37,665 nt of DNA from a virus (Duplodnaviria; Heunggongvirae; Uroviricota; Caudoviricetes). Both the position numbers and the translations under genes were made by a program. The notes under the pieces are model-generated. The model saw nothing but the letters and a program-made list of their open reading frames with translations. It did no database searches and was not told where the DNA came from. The stretch covers positions 1-37,665 of IMG/VR virus record IMGVR_UViG_2675903324_000015. One strand, written 5' to 3'. This document shows, in pieces, positions 10,588 to 19,775 of this stretch (the first letter of the stretch is position 1; every line of letters begins with the position of its first letter).

Positions 10588-10607
10588 TACTGTAAATATA
10601 AACAGTG
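10588..10607 (+). promoter_or_regulatory. LexA (SOS) box TACTGTAAATATAAACAGTG
   Basis: CTGT-N8-ACAG with AT-rich spacer, 17/20 to consensus TACTGTATATATATACAGTA; about 40 bp upstream of a rightward ORF. Confidence 0.7.
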
Positions 10608-10648
10608 GTTATGTATACAGTATTGCTTGTGGTGTCATAGGAGGAAAG

Positions 10649-10837
10649 ATGCAGGACTATTTTTTGGAGTCTTTGAAGCTCCAGCGCATTGATTTTTTTC
10701 TTAAGCTTGTAGCGGCTAGTGAGTGTAGTGATGAAGAGAAGGGGCTGGCTTTGCAGTGGGTTTCTGAACTGACAGATGAACTCATGGCAAAAATCAGAAC
10801 CCACGAATACAACCGCTCAATGGATGTCATCAGCTGA
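10649..10837 (+). CDS. Small SOS-controlled protein (62 aa), possible Tum-like antirepressor
   Basis: AGGAGGA RBS before ATG at 10649, directly downstream of the LexA box. Confidence 0.4.
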   Translation: MQDYFLESLKLQRIDFFLKLVAASECSDEEKGLALQWVSELTDELMAKIRTHEYNRSMDVIS

Positions 10838-10847
10838 GGTGACCTTT

Positions 10848-11081
10848 ATGCGCATTGAAATAATGATCGATAAAGAGCAGAAGATTAGCCAGTCTACCCT
10901 GGACGCCCTTGAATCCGAGCTTTACCGCAATCTGCGCCCCCTGTATCCCAAAACGGTAATTCGCATCCGCAAAGGTAGCTCTAACGGTGTGGAACTGACC
11001 GGACTGCAACTGGACGAAGAAAGAAAACAAGTGATGAAGATTATGCAGAAGGTGTGGGAAGACGACAGCTGGCTGCATTAA
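10848..11081 (+). CDS. DinI-family protein (77 aa)
   Basis: MRIEIMIDK start and C-terminal acidic WEDDSWL resemble E. coli DinI (MRIEVTIAK...ESADDWF). Confidence 0.65.
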   Translation: MRIEIMIDKEQKISQSTLDALESELYRNLRPLYPKTVIRIRKGSSNGVELTGLQLDEERKQVMKIMQKVWEDDSWLH

Positions 11082-11240
11082 GAAAAGTTGCTGGCGTCTG
11101 AACTTGGTTCTGGCGTCAGCAAGGTTGAACAACGAGTACAGTGAGGCGTTAGGTGTGGCGTTTATTTGATGAGTGAACGCCCGTTCTGCGACAGGTTCGG
11201 AGATTAAGGTTGAAACTACGGGCAAAATACCATCTTTTTC

Positions 11241-11666
11241 CTACTTAATTGAGTCCAGTAACAAGTTACAGTTACTCTCATTGTAGAGAGAACGAGCAAT
11301 TAGTGTTACCTGCTTTCCATTCATTCCCGGCTTATCCCATAACACAGCTTCTTGCGACGCCACAAATTCAGCATAATCAATTATGCGTTGTTCGTGATCT
11401 GGTTCCTCATAGCCAAAGTATGAGAGCGCATCGTTGTAAGCGTGGTAAGCTGCTTTCTGTAATATCTTGATATCGGCTGTAGGTACTTGCTCCGTGTAGC
11501 TAGGATCTAATTGTGTGCTACTGCCATAGAATGCACATGAAAGGTAAGATATTGATTTCTGTTGAGCTTTAGTTCCTTTCTCATAGTTTTTAGCTGTTAC
11601 CGCCTGAACTGGGACGCTAACAAAGCTTGCAACCAGAATTAAAATTAATACGTAAAAGCTTTTCAT
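11241..11666 (-). CDS. Hypothetical secreted protein (141 aa) with N-terminal signal peptide
   Basis: MKSFYVLILILVASFVSVPVQAVTA signal-peptide-like N-terminus; AT-rich; reverse strand. Confidence 0.55.
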   Translation of the reverse strand: MKSFYVLILILVASFVSVPVQAVTAKNYEKGTKAQQKSISYLSCAFYGSSTQLDPSYTEQVPTADIKILQKAAYHAYNDALSYFGYEEPDHEQRIIDYAEFVASQEAVLWDKPGMNGKQVTLIARSLYNESNCNLLLDSIK

Positions 11667-11939
11667 TTTGACCTCAGCCGAAACGTTAGAGAGACTATCG
11701 AAATTTGTAAAACCCGTGGCGATTCAGTTTGAGATCCTCCCCCTTACATGATTTTTAATCAAATATATGCTTTTGTAAGCATACCTGTTAACCGAATTAT
11801 TCATTTTTAGAGATCTTCCGACATACTGATTATGCCCGCTGAGGAGTTCACCTTGCGTAAAGTCCGATTCGCTTTACTCGTCTGTGCATGTCTATGCTGC
11901 ATGAGATTGCATGATCGTTTGAGGATCGTTTTTGCTAAG

Positions 11940-11963
11940 GCCCGCCAGAACTGGCGGGCTTTT
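11940..11963 (+). terminator. Intrinsic-terminator-like hairpin (GCCCGCC-AGAACT-GGCGGGC-TTTT)
   Basis: 7-bp GC stem, 6-nt loop, T4 run; lies within the putative cos region. Confidence 0.4.
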
Positions 11964-12008
11964 GCGTAGATCATGCACCTGCATGAAAACCACTACATAA
12001 AGCGGGCA

Positions 12009-12027
12009 GGCGTGGCGGGGATACGAG
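12009..12027. other. Putative cos (cohesive-end) site
   Basis: GGCGTGGCGGGGA matches the first 13 nt of the 186/P2-type 19-nt cohesive end as I recall it (GGCG[T/A]GGCGGGGAAAGCA[T/C]). Confidence 0.45.
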
Positions 12028-12157
12028 CGCGCGCTAACTCTTGGCTTTGTTTCATAATCAAAAATGTGATCATTGAGATTATTCTTAAATTTATGTTTGT
12101 CTATGAAATATCATTTCGCTTAACATTGTTTGAGTTAGGACTACATGAGAATAAAGA

Positions 12158-12733
12158 ATGCTTTTACCCGTAAGTGTTACATCGTGTGGCTTGTATCACC
12201 CCTACTGGCATTTGGGAGAGCGCAACCCTCATAGCGATGAACTATCAAGGCAGATGATGGATTTTAAGGATGAAAATAATCGTAATCATCAAAGGGCTAT
12301 TAACCGTTTTTCTCGATTAGCTATAGATAAGGTTGGGCGGTTAGTAATCAGAGGTGGCGGTGGGCGTTTTGTTGAGTCTCCTTTTTCGATAGCAGTCGTC
12401 CCGTCTCACACTGAAGGCAGAATTTCACCGGCTTTGATTGAGGTCGCCGAGCGAATCGTAAATGTTCACCGTCGGGGCATTGTTGATTGCTGTTTGGAAA
12501 GAACACGCACTGTTCCTAGCGCACATCGTGAAGGAGGCGATCGCTCAATTACTGGTCACATGTCTAGTATCAGAGTTAGGGGTGGTAACCTCATGGGGCG
12601 AAATGTGTTACTACTAGATGATGTTAAAACAACAGGCGGTAGTTTGTCTGCGTGTTTTTATTTACTGGAGTCTGCAGGAGCTGGAGTTATAATGCCATTA
12701 GCTCTGCTAGAAACTGCAAACTATGAGGAGTAG
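12158..12733 (+). CDS. Phosphoribosyltransferase (PRTase, ComF-like) domain protein; true start may be internal
   Basis: Canonical PRPP-binding motif VLLLDDVKTTGGSL near the C-terminus. Confidence 0.75.
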   Translation: MLLPVSVTSCGLYHPYWHLGERNPHSDELSRQMMDFKDENNRNHQRAINRFSRLAIDKVGRLVIRGGGGRFVESPFSIAVVPSHTEGRISPALIEVAERIVNVHRRGIVDCCLERTRTVPSAHREGGDRSITGHMSSIRVRGGNLMGRNVLLLDDVKTTGGSLSACFYLLESAGAGVIMPLALLETANYEE

Positions 12734-13697
12734 CAAAGTGCACTCAGAAGAATTAAAAAATACACTTGGATTAGCTATTCAAATCGGGAAGCTAGCATCT
12801 GATCAAAGTGTATTGAAATTCTTTGAGCTTATTGATTTTGATGTTATTCGTGATATACGCGACTTAACTGAGATGGTTAATAGCCACGGGTTTCTAAAAG
12901 ATAAAATATCTGAGACTGATTTTCTAATAGCGAACGCTGAATTGGAGAACCACCATGTTAATGGTGTGGAGCTAATACCATATGGGTCTGAATTCTATCC
13001 TCTTAGTTTAGCGTTTACTCCTAATCCACCATCAATTCTCTACATAAAAGGGGATAAAAGTATACTAAAAGAATTGCCGGGTGTCGCAATTGTAGGATCC
13101 CGTGATACTTCCCCTGCAGGGGAAGAAATAACGAGGCGAATCACTAATCAGATAGTGTCTGCTGGGTATATTGTTGTAAGTGGGTTAGCAATAGGCACTG
13201 ATGCGAATGCTCATAAGGCAACGTTACAAGCAAAAGGAAAAACCATTGCTGTCTTGGCGCATGGTCTTGAGGAGGCTAAGCCGAAGCAAAACAGTCGACT
13301 TGCTCAAGAGATTCTGGATAAAGGTGGTGCATGGATTTCTGAGTATCCTATGGGTCGACCGGCCCAGAAACAATCATTTGTACAAAGAAATCGGATACAA
13401 GTTGGATTATCTGCAGGTTCAATTTTAATCGAGGCTGCGTTAAATAGCGGAACGATAACTCAAGCTGAGTTTGCAAATAAGGCGAAAAGACCAGTGTTTG
13501 CGGTTGTACCTCACCTACCTAATAATCCGCTTAATCTTAATTGTGAGGGAACAGTTGATTTAGTTAAGAGCAACATGGCTAGAGCGTTAAAAACAAAACG
13601 GGATTATGATGATGTGATTATGATCATAAATGAGTCTCGGGAGTATTTGTTAGAGCTAAAATGGCCAGGGAAACAGAGTACATTAGACTTGATTTAA
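12723..13697 (+). CDS. DprA/Smf-like (SLOG Rossmann-fold) protein, 324 aa; alternative GTG start at 12738
   Basis: DprA-type signature GVAIVGSRDTSP...GLAIGTDANAH...KTIAVLAHGLE...ISEYPMG...QRNRIQVGLS...PVFAV; overlaps the PRTase gene. Confidence 0.75.
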   Translation: MRSSKVHSEELKNTLGLAIQIGKLASDQSVLKFFELIDFDVIRDIRDLTEMVNSHGFLKDKISETDFLIANAELENHHVNGVELIPYGSEFYPLSLAFTPNPPSILYIKGDKSILKELPGVAIVGSRDTSPAGEEITRRITNQIVSAGYIVVSGLAIGTDANAHKATLQAKGKTIAVLAHGLEEAKPKQNSRLAQEILDKGGAWISEYPMGRPAQKQSFVQRNRIQVGLSAGSILIEAALNSGTITQAEFANKAKRPVFAVVPHLPNNPLNLNCEGTVDLVKSNMARALKTKRDYDDVIMIINESREYLLELKWPGKQSTLDLI

Positions 13698-13700
13698 AGC

Positions 13701-13715
13701 GCCTCTTTTAGAGGC
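13701..13715. terminator. Short hairpin GCCTC-TTTTA-GAGGC between convergent stops (possible bidirectional terminator)
   Basis: Perfect 5-bp inverted repeat between the DprA-like stop (13697) and the portal stop (13722). Confidence 0.3.
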
Positions 13716-13721
13716 ACTTTG

Positions 13722-14750
13722 CTAAATTTGATATCTCTCGAATTTTATAATTTCTTCACCGCTCCAATGATTAAATTCTTTCATTCTTTTTTGTAATGGT
13801 AATAATTCATTTTTCACAAAGACCTTACTAGCTTTTTCTACATCCCCAAATCCCCCAACATTATTAGGCATTATCCCCATCATCTGTGGCGGAACGCGAT
13901 GTGCTGCCATCATGTCATCCCGGCTCACGTTCTTGATATTTAGAAACTCATCCTTCGCCGCGACTTCTGACAACGGGATAATCTGAAGCCCGTCCTTTTT
14001 GCCGTTCGGCGAGTACATAAACAGGTTACGGAAGTTGCCTGGTCCTTTGGCGCTTTTCATTGCGTTGCGGAGGTTGTTTACATCCTCCTGGTTCTGCGCG
14101 GCATCGGTCATGTACATGATGAAGCCTGCATGACTACCGTTAATGTAATACTTGCGGCGGAACAGCGTGGCGGATTCGTTGAGCAGGGCTGACGGAATGG
14201 CAGAAAGATAACCGGGCAGGCCGTAGATCTCCTGGTTGATGTCCGGTTCCATCAGATGAAAGATGCTGCCTTTCGTGAACTGATACGGCTGGGTTGTCAT
14301 ACCGTATTGCACAAACCAGTAGGTATCCAGGTCTAATCCGCGTCGGGTGTATTTTGCCAGCGCAGGTTCAAGGGCGATCACTTCACCGAAGCGGTTCGTG
14401 CGTTTCTCCAGATAGGCGTTGCCAAATACCAGATAGTCCTGCACAAAACGCGAAAAAGCTTGCTGGCTGAGCAGAGGATGAGGGATATAGGTACTGGTCA
14501 GAATGTTGCACTTTACTGCAATCGGGGAACTGTGATGCACGGCAGCGCGGAAGGTGCGCGCCAGTCCGTCAAAGCTGACGGGCGGCTCATACCAACGGTC
14601 CATCTGTACGCATTCCACATAGTCCAGTAATTCTCGGCGGTCCAGAACAGGAACGGGATCGCCGAAGCTGAATGCTTCGGCTGAAGTTTGGTTTTTATGC
14701 TGGATCTGATTCGTCGCCGCAGTGCGGTTTTTCTTACTCTTTCCCATCAA
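13722..14750 (-). CDS. Q: Portal protein (P2 gpQ family), 342 aa
   Basis: Size, position, 4-nt overlap with the terminase gene. Confidence 0.8.
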   Translation of the reverse strand: MMGKSKKNRTAATNQIQHKNQTSAEAFSFGDPVPVLDRRELLDYVECVQMDRWYEPPVSFDGLARTFRAAVHHSSPIAVKCNILTSTYIPHPLLSQQAFSRFVQDYLVFGNAYLEKRTNRFGEVIALEPALAKYTRRGLDLDTYWFVQYGMTTQPYQFTKGSIFHLMEPDINQEIYGLPGYLSAIPSALLNESATLFRRKYYINGSHAGFIMYMTDAAQNQEDVNNLRNAMKSAKGPGNFRNLFMYSPNGKKDGLQIIPLSEVAAKDEFLNIKNVSRDDMMAAHRVPPQMMGIMPNNVGGFGDVEKASKVFVKNELLPLQKRMKEFNHWSGEEIIKFERYQI

Positions 14751-16513
14751 AAAATCTCCACAATATTGCTGGTATTGGCGGACTCGCCCTGCAGCGGTTC
14801 GTTAAACAGTGCGTGCATCGTTGCCCAGGCCAGATCGGCGTGGCTGGCTTCTTCGCTGCGGCTGGCTTCATAGGTTGGGCGGTTGCCACTGGCGGTGGTT
14901 GCGCGACGGATTGCCATGAATGACTGCGCAATGTCGATGTGCCCGGCGTCAAACTCCAGACGGCGGTGGCTGATAATGTCGTAGGCCTTGAGTACCAGGG
15001 CGTTTTTAACGTTGGGGTTGTAGACAAACTCCCGGACGGCAGGAAAGAACGCTTTCACGTTCTCGTAAACCCCGTGACCAACGCCGGTTGAGTCGATACC
15101 GATATAAGTCACGTTGTACTGCTCGGTAAGTTTTTTGATGGCGTCAGCCTGGGCGCGGAAGTCCATCCCGCGCCACTGGTGACGCTCAAGAATGCGGAAC
15201 TTACCACCCGGCACGGCTGGCGGTGCCACCACCACGCATCCGGCGCTGTCGCCGTTTTGCGTACCTTTTGCCGGGTCATAACCGATCCACACTTCGCGCC
15301 AGCCAAACGGGCGCAGCGCCAGTGCATGAAAGTCGGTCCAGATTTCCCAGCTGTCAACCATGCACGCCTGCAGCTCGCTGAGAGGGAACACGGACGCGAG
15401 ATCGTCCACAAACTCGCACATCAGCAGGTTCTGGTATTCGTCCGGGCTGTACTCCATGCGCAACTGGTCAAGGTCGAACAGGTTACAGCCGCCGCGCACC
15501 GCATCTTCCACGGTGACTATCTGGCGGTATTACCCGTCTGCGCACAGCAGGCCGGGGGCCAGATTGCTGTGGGACAGGTCGATGTCCACCTTATCGGCTT
15601 TGTTGCGCCCACGGTTGAACAGCGCACCGGACCAGAACGGATAAGCACTGTGTGTCAGACTGGATGGCGTGGAAAAATAGGTTTGTCGCCATTTTTTGTG
15701 AATAGCCATACCGGAAGCCACTTTGCGCAGCTCCTGGAATTTCGGTATCCAGAAATATTCATCCAGATACAGGTTTCCGTGGTAACTCTGGGCCGTGCGG
15801 GCATTGGTGCCGAGGAAGTAAAGCGTGGCCCCGTTAGGAAGCACCATCGGATCGCCTTTCAGCTCCACCTCCACTTCTTTGGCAAAGTCGATGATGTACT
15901 GTTTAAAGACGTGAGCCTGAGCCTTGCTGGCAGAAAGGAAAATCTGGTTACGCCCGGTCAGCAGGGCGTCAATCAGGGCTTCACGGGCAAAGTAAAAGGT
16001 CGCGCCGATCTGGCGAGACTTCAGCAGGTTGCGGATGCGATTGGTTTTTCCGGCTTCCCACCAGTGGCGCTGGTAGTTGAACATGGAGGAATGGAAGATT
16101 TCTTCCAGCTTCTCAATCTGTTCATCGGTGAAAACATTCTTTTCCGGCTGACGGCGCGGGCCTTTGTTGCGGTTGGCGACGTTAGGGTTTAAGTCGGCTT
16201 CGTTGCCGCCATTGTTAAACTTGCCGATGCGCGCGTGGCGCTCCGACTGGCGCGCCAGCAGGTCAATCTCTTTGAAATCTTTCCCTTCTTTGTGCTCCTT
16301 CATAATGAGCTGGCAGTAGCGTGCGGCGGTGGTGAGCTGCATCTGATCCAGCGGCCCATAGTCACCCCACTTGTCGCGTTTTTTCCAGCTATGAACGGTT
16401 GCAACTTTCTCGCCCAGCATTTCAGCAATGCGGGCGACGCGGTATCCCTGAAAGTACAGCAGCATGGCCTGCCGACGGGGATCGAGATCTGCGGGTGTCA
16501 GTGTGGTGTTCAT
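14747..16513 (-). pseudogene. P: Terminase large (ATPase) subunit, P2 gpP family, interrupted by an in-frame TAA at 15530-15532
   Basis: Two ORFs (15530-16513 and 14747-15511) in the same frame, separated only by one ochre codon; 589 codons total. Confidence 0.75.
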
Positions 16514-16559
16514 GGCACAAACCTACAGCCTTGAATGAAGGCTTTCCCCGCCTGCGGTT

Positions 16560-16577
16560 TGTGTGGTTGTCGGTACA
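16560..16577. promoter_or_regulatory. Late-promoter activator site TGT-N12-ACA (Ogr/B type) in the divergent P/O region
   Basis: TGTGTGGTTGTCGGTACA about 80 bp upstream of O. Confidence 0.5.
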
Positions 16578-16655
16578 AATACCGCGCATTGTTTCACTGC
16601 CCCCATCACCGCAACCATAAGGCTCCAGTAAGTTTTTTCTAACGGAGCACGGCTC

Positions 16656-17489
16656 ATGACAGTGAAAGCAAAGCGTTTTCGCATCGGGGTGGAAGGTGCC
16701 ACCACCGATGGACGCGAAATCCAGCGTGAATGGCTGGAACAGATGGCAGCCAGCTACAACCCGGCGGTGTATACCGCGCTGATTAACCTTGAGCACATCA
16801 AGTCTTATCTGCCGGACAGCACCTTTAACCGCTACGGCAAGGTGACGGCGCTGTTTGCTGAAGAAATTACGGAAGGTCCGCTGGCAGGCAAGATGGCATT
16901 GTATGCCGACGTTGAGCCAACGGAGTCCCTGGTGGAACTGGTGAAAAAAGGCCAGAAATTATTCACCTCTATGGAAGTCAGCCCGAAGTTTGCTGATACG
17001 GGCAAAGCCTACCTGGTCGGGCTGGCTGCCACTGATGACCCTGCCAGCCTGGGCACTGAAATGCTGGCATTCAGCGCCAGTGCAGCCCATAACCCGCTGG
17101 CAAACCGCAAGCAAAATCCCGCCAATCTCTTTACCGCCGCAGAGGAAACGGTGATCGAACTGGAAGAAATCCAGGAGGACAAGCCGTCCCTGTTTGCCCG
17201 TGTCACGGCGCTGTTCACCAAAAAAGAGCAGTCCGATGACGCCCGGTTCTCTGATGTGCATAAGGCCGTGGAACTGGTCGCCACTGAGCAGCAGAACCTG
17301 AGTGCGCGCACCGAAAAATCCCTGTCTGAGCAGGAAGAACGCCTGTCTGAGCTGGAGACTGCCCTGCAGGCACAGCAGACAGCCTTTAACGAACTGGTGG
17401 ACAAGCTGAGCCAAGAAGACAGCCGCCAGGACTACCGCCAGCGTGCAACAGGTGGTAACGCCCCCGCTGACACTCTGACCAATTGCTGA
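16656..17489 (+). CDS. O: Capsid scaffolding protein (P2 gpO family)
   Basis: Position; Glu/Gln-rich coiled-coil-like C-terminus. Confidence 0.75.
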   Translation: MTVKAKRFRIGVEGATTDGREIQREWLEQMAASYNPAVYTALINLEHIKSYLPDSTFNRYGKVTALFAEEITEGPLAGKMALYADVEPTESLVELVKKGQKLFTSMEVSPKFADTGKAYLVGLAATDDPASLGTEMLAFSASAAHNPLANRKQNPANLFTAAEETVIELEEIQEDKPSLFARVTALFTKKEQSDDARFSDVHKAVELVATEQQNLSARTEKSLSEQEERLSELETALQAQQTAFNELVDKLSQEDSRQDYRQRATGGNAPADTLTNC

Positions 17490-17505
17490 TGGAGCACAAA
17501 ACCTG

Positions 17506-18561
17506 ATGAAGAAGAATACCCGCTTTGCTTTTAACGCTTACCTGCAGCAACTGGCGCGTCTGAACGGTGTGGCAGTTGAAGAACTGTCCAGCAAGTTCAC
17601 CGTAGAGCCGTCCGTGCAGCAGACATTGGAAGACCAGATCCAGCAGTCCGCCGCTTTCCTGACGCTGATTAACGTCACGCCAGTGACTGAGCAGTCCGGT
17701 CAGCTGCTGGGGTTGGGAGTTGGCAGCACCATTGCCGGAACCACTGATACCACCGCGAAAGAGCGTGAACCTGTCGATCCGACGCTGATGGTCGATGTGG
17801 AATATAAATGCGAGCAGACCAACTTTGACACGGTGCTGACCTACGCGAAGCTGGACCTGTGGGCGAAGTTTCAGGATTTCCAGGTGCGTATCCGTGACGC
17901 CATCGTGAAACGTCAGGCACTGGACCGCATCATGATCGGCTTTAACGGCGTGAAGCGTGCGAAAACCTCCAACCGTAGCGAAAACCCGCTGCTGCAGGAT
18001 GTGAATAAAGGCTGGCTGCAGAAAATCCGTGAGGATGCACCGGATCACGTCATGGGCAGCACCACCACGGGCGGTGAAACCACACCGGGCGCGGTGAAAG
18101 TCGGTAAAGGTGGCGAATATGCCAACCTGGACGCCGTGGTGATGGATGCCGTTAATGAGCTTATCGACGTGGTCTACCAGGACGATGACGATCTGGTGGT
18201 GATTTGCGGCCGTGAACTGTTGTCTGATAAGTATTTCCCGCTGGTCAACAAAGAGCAGGAAAACAGTGAAAAACTGGCTGCCGATATGATCATTAGCCAG
18301 AAACGCATGGGTGGCCTGCAGGCCGTGCGTGCGCCGTTCTTCCCGCCGAATGCGCTGCTGATCACCCGTCTGGATAACCTGTCCATCTACTGGCAGGAAG
18401 ACACCCGCCGCCGTTCAGTTATCGACAACCCGAAACGTGACCGGATTGAAAACTTTGAATCCGTTAACGAAGCCTATGTGGTTGAGGACTACCGCTGCAC
18501 AGCACTGGTGGAAAACATCCAGATTGGCGACTTCAGCACCGCCGCAGAAGCCGGAGCATAA
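17506..18561 (+). CDS. N: Major capsid protein (P2 gpN family)
   Basis: 351 aa, position after the scaffold gene. Confidence 0.8.
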   Translation: MKKNTRFAFNAYLQQLARLNGVAVEELSSKFTVEPSVQQTLEDQIQQSAAFLTLINVTPVTEQSGQLLGLGVGSTIAGTTDTTAKEREPVDPTLMVDVEYKCEQTNFDTVLTYAKLDLWAKFQDFQVRIRDAIVKRQALDRIMIGFNGVKRAKTSNRSENPLLQDVNKGWLQKIREDAPDHVMGSTTTGGETTPGAVKVGKGGEYANLDAVVMDAVNELIDVVYQDDDDLVVICGRELLSDKYFPLVNKEQENSEKLAADMIISQKRMGGLQAVRAPFFPPNALLITRLDNLSIYWQEDTRRRSVIDNPKRDRIENFESVNEAYVVEDYRCTALVENIQIGDFSTAAEAGA

Positions 18562-18564
18562 ACC

Positions 18565-19215
18565 ATGAGCCTGAGTCCCGCACGGCAGCATCGCCTGCGC
18601 GTTCAGGCTGAACAGGCCGCCCGCGAGGGCGGCAGTGTTCGCCACGCGTCGGGCTATGACCTGATGCTGCTGCAACTGGCGGAAGACCGCCGCCGTCTCA
18701 AGGGCGTTCAGTCCACGGTCAAAAAAGCGGAAATCAAAGTGGAGCTGCTGCCGAAGTACGCCGCCTGGGCGGAGGGTGTCCTGGCTGCCGGAGGCGCACA
18801 GCAGGATGACGTACTGATGTACGTGATGCTGTGGCGCATTGATGCCGGAGATTATGCCGGGGCGCTGGAGATCGGGCGTCATGCCCTGCGTCATGGCTGG
18901 GTGATGCCGCTGGGTAACCGCAACGTGCAGACCGTGCTGGCAGAGGAAATGGCAGACGCAGCGCAGAGCGCAATGCTTGCCGCCATCGGCTTTGATGCTG
19001 ATCTGTTGCTGCAGACGCTGGAACTGACAGACGGTTTGGATATGCCGGACCAGTCACGGGCGCGTCTGCATAAAGCGATTGGCGCTGTCCTGAGTGAAAG
19101 CAATCCGGCTTCCGCCCTTAATCATCTCAACCATGCGTTACAGCTCGATCCCCGCTGTGGCGTGAAAAAAGACAAACAGCAGCTGGAGCGCAGACTGCGC
19201 AATGACAGCCGCTGA
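18565..19215 (+). CDS. M: Terminase small (endonuclease) subunit (P2 gpM family)
   Basis: 216 aa, position. Confidence 0.7.
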   Translation: MSLSPARQHRLRVQAEQAAREGGSVRHASGYDLMLLQLAEDRRRLKGVQSTVKKAEIKVELLPKYAAWAEGVLAAGGAQQDDVLMYVMLWRIDAGDYAGALEIGRHALRHGWVMPLGNRNVQTVLAEEMADAAQSAMLAAIGFDADLLLQTLELTDGLDMPDQSRARLHKAIGAVLSESNPASALNHLNHALQLDPRCGVKKDKQQLERRLRNDSR

Positions 19216-19310
19216 CAGAACGTGCCCCCGCGCACGGGCGGCACGGGGTGGCGAAAGGCACTGCCACATCAAAACCCCGTCCACCGCCCTTTATTTCAGG
19301 AGAAAGCAGC

Positions 19311-19775
19311 ATGAAGTTTGTTGCGCCAGAACAGGCACCGGAACAGGCGGAAATCATCAGAAATACGCCGTTCTGGCCTGATGTGGACCTGTCGGAGTTT
19401 CGCTGTGTCATGCGCACTGACGGCACGGTGACGCAGCCGCGTTTAAAGCAGGTTGCGCTGTCGGCAATTTCGGAGGTCAACGCAGAGCTGTATGAGTTTC
19501 GCAGACGTCAGCAGATGCTGGGGTATGTGTCGCTGGCTGAGGTTCCGGCGGAACAGCTGGACGGCAAAAGTGAGCGCATTCATCACTATTTCAACGCGGT
19601 TTACTGCTGGGCACGCGCCATGCTCAACGAGCGTTATCAGGACTATGACGCCACGGCATCCGGTGTGAAGCGGGGCGAGGAACTGGCGGAAGCAAGCGGT
19701 GATTTGTGGCGTGACGCCCGCTGGGCCATCAGCCGGGTGCAGGATGCGCCGCACTGCACAGTGGAGCTTATCTGA
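19311..19775 (+). CDS. L: Head completion/stabilisation protein (P2 gpL family)
   Basis: ATG with AGGAGA RBS; 154 aa. Confidence 0.7.
   Translation: MKFVAPEQAPEQAEIIRNTPFWPDVDLSEFRCVMRTDGTVTQPRLKQVALSAISEVNAELYEFRRRQQMLGYVSLAEVPAEQLDGKSERIHHYFNAVYCWARAMLNERYQDYDATASGVKRGEELAEASGDLWRDARWAISRVQDAPHCTVELI

Noticed and set aside
10547-10648. Longer 96-aa version of the SOS-controlled ORF starting at 10547
   Set aside because: That start would lie upstream of and across the LexA box and has no RBS; the internal ATG at 10649 with AGGAGGA is more plausible.
11700-13697. Retron (ncRNA + reverse transcriptase + PRTase effector) hypothesis
   Set aside because: PRTase effectors occur in some retrons, but there is no reverse-transcriptase ORF in or near the cassette, and the structured intergenic region is better explained as cos.
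15179-16192. 337-aa ORF on the + strand
   Set aside because: Antisense to the terminase large subunit; an open frame in GC-rich coding DNA with no RBS or recognisable motif.
17386-18048. 220-aa ORF on the - strand
   Set aside because: Antisense to the major capsid gene.
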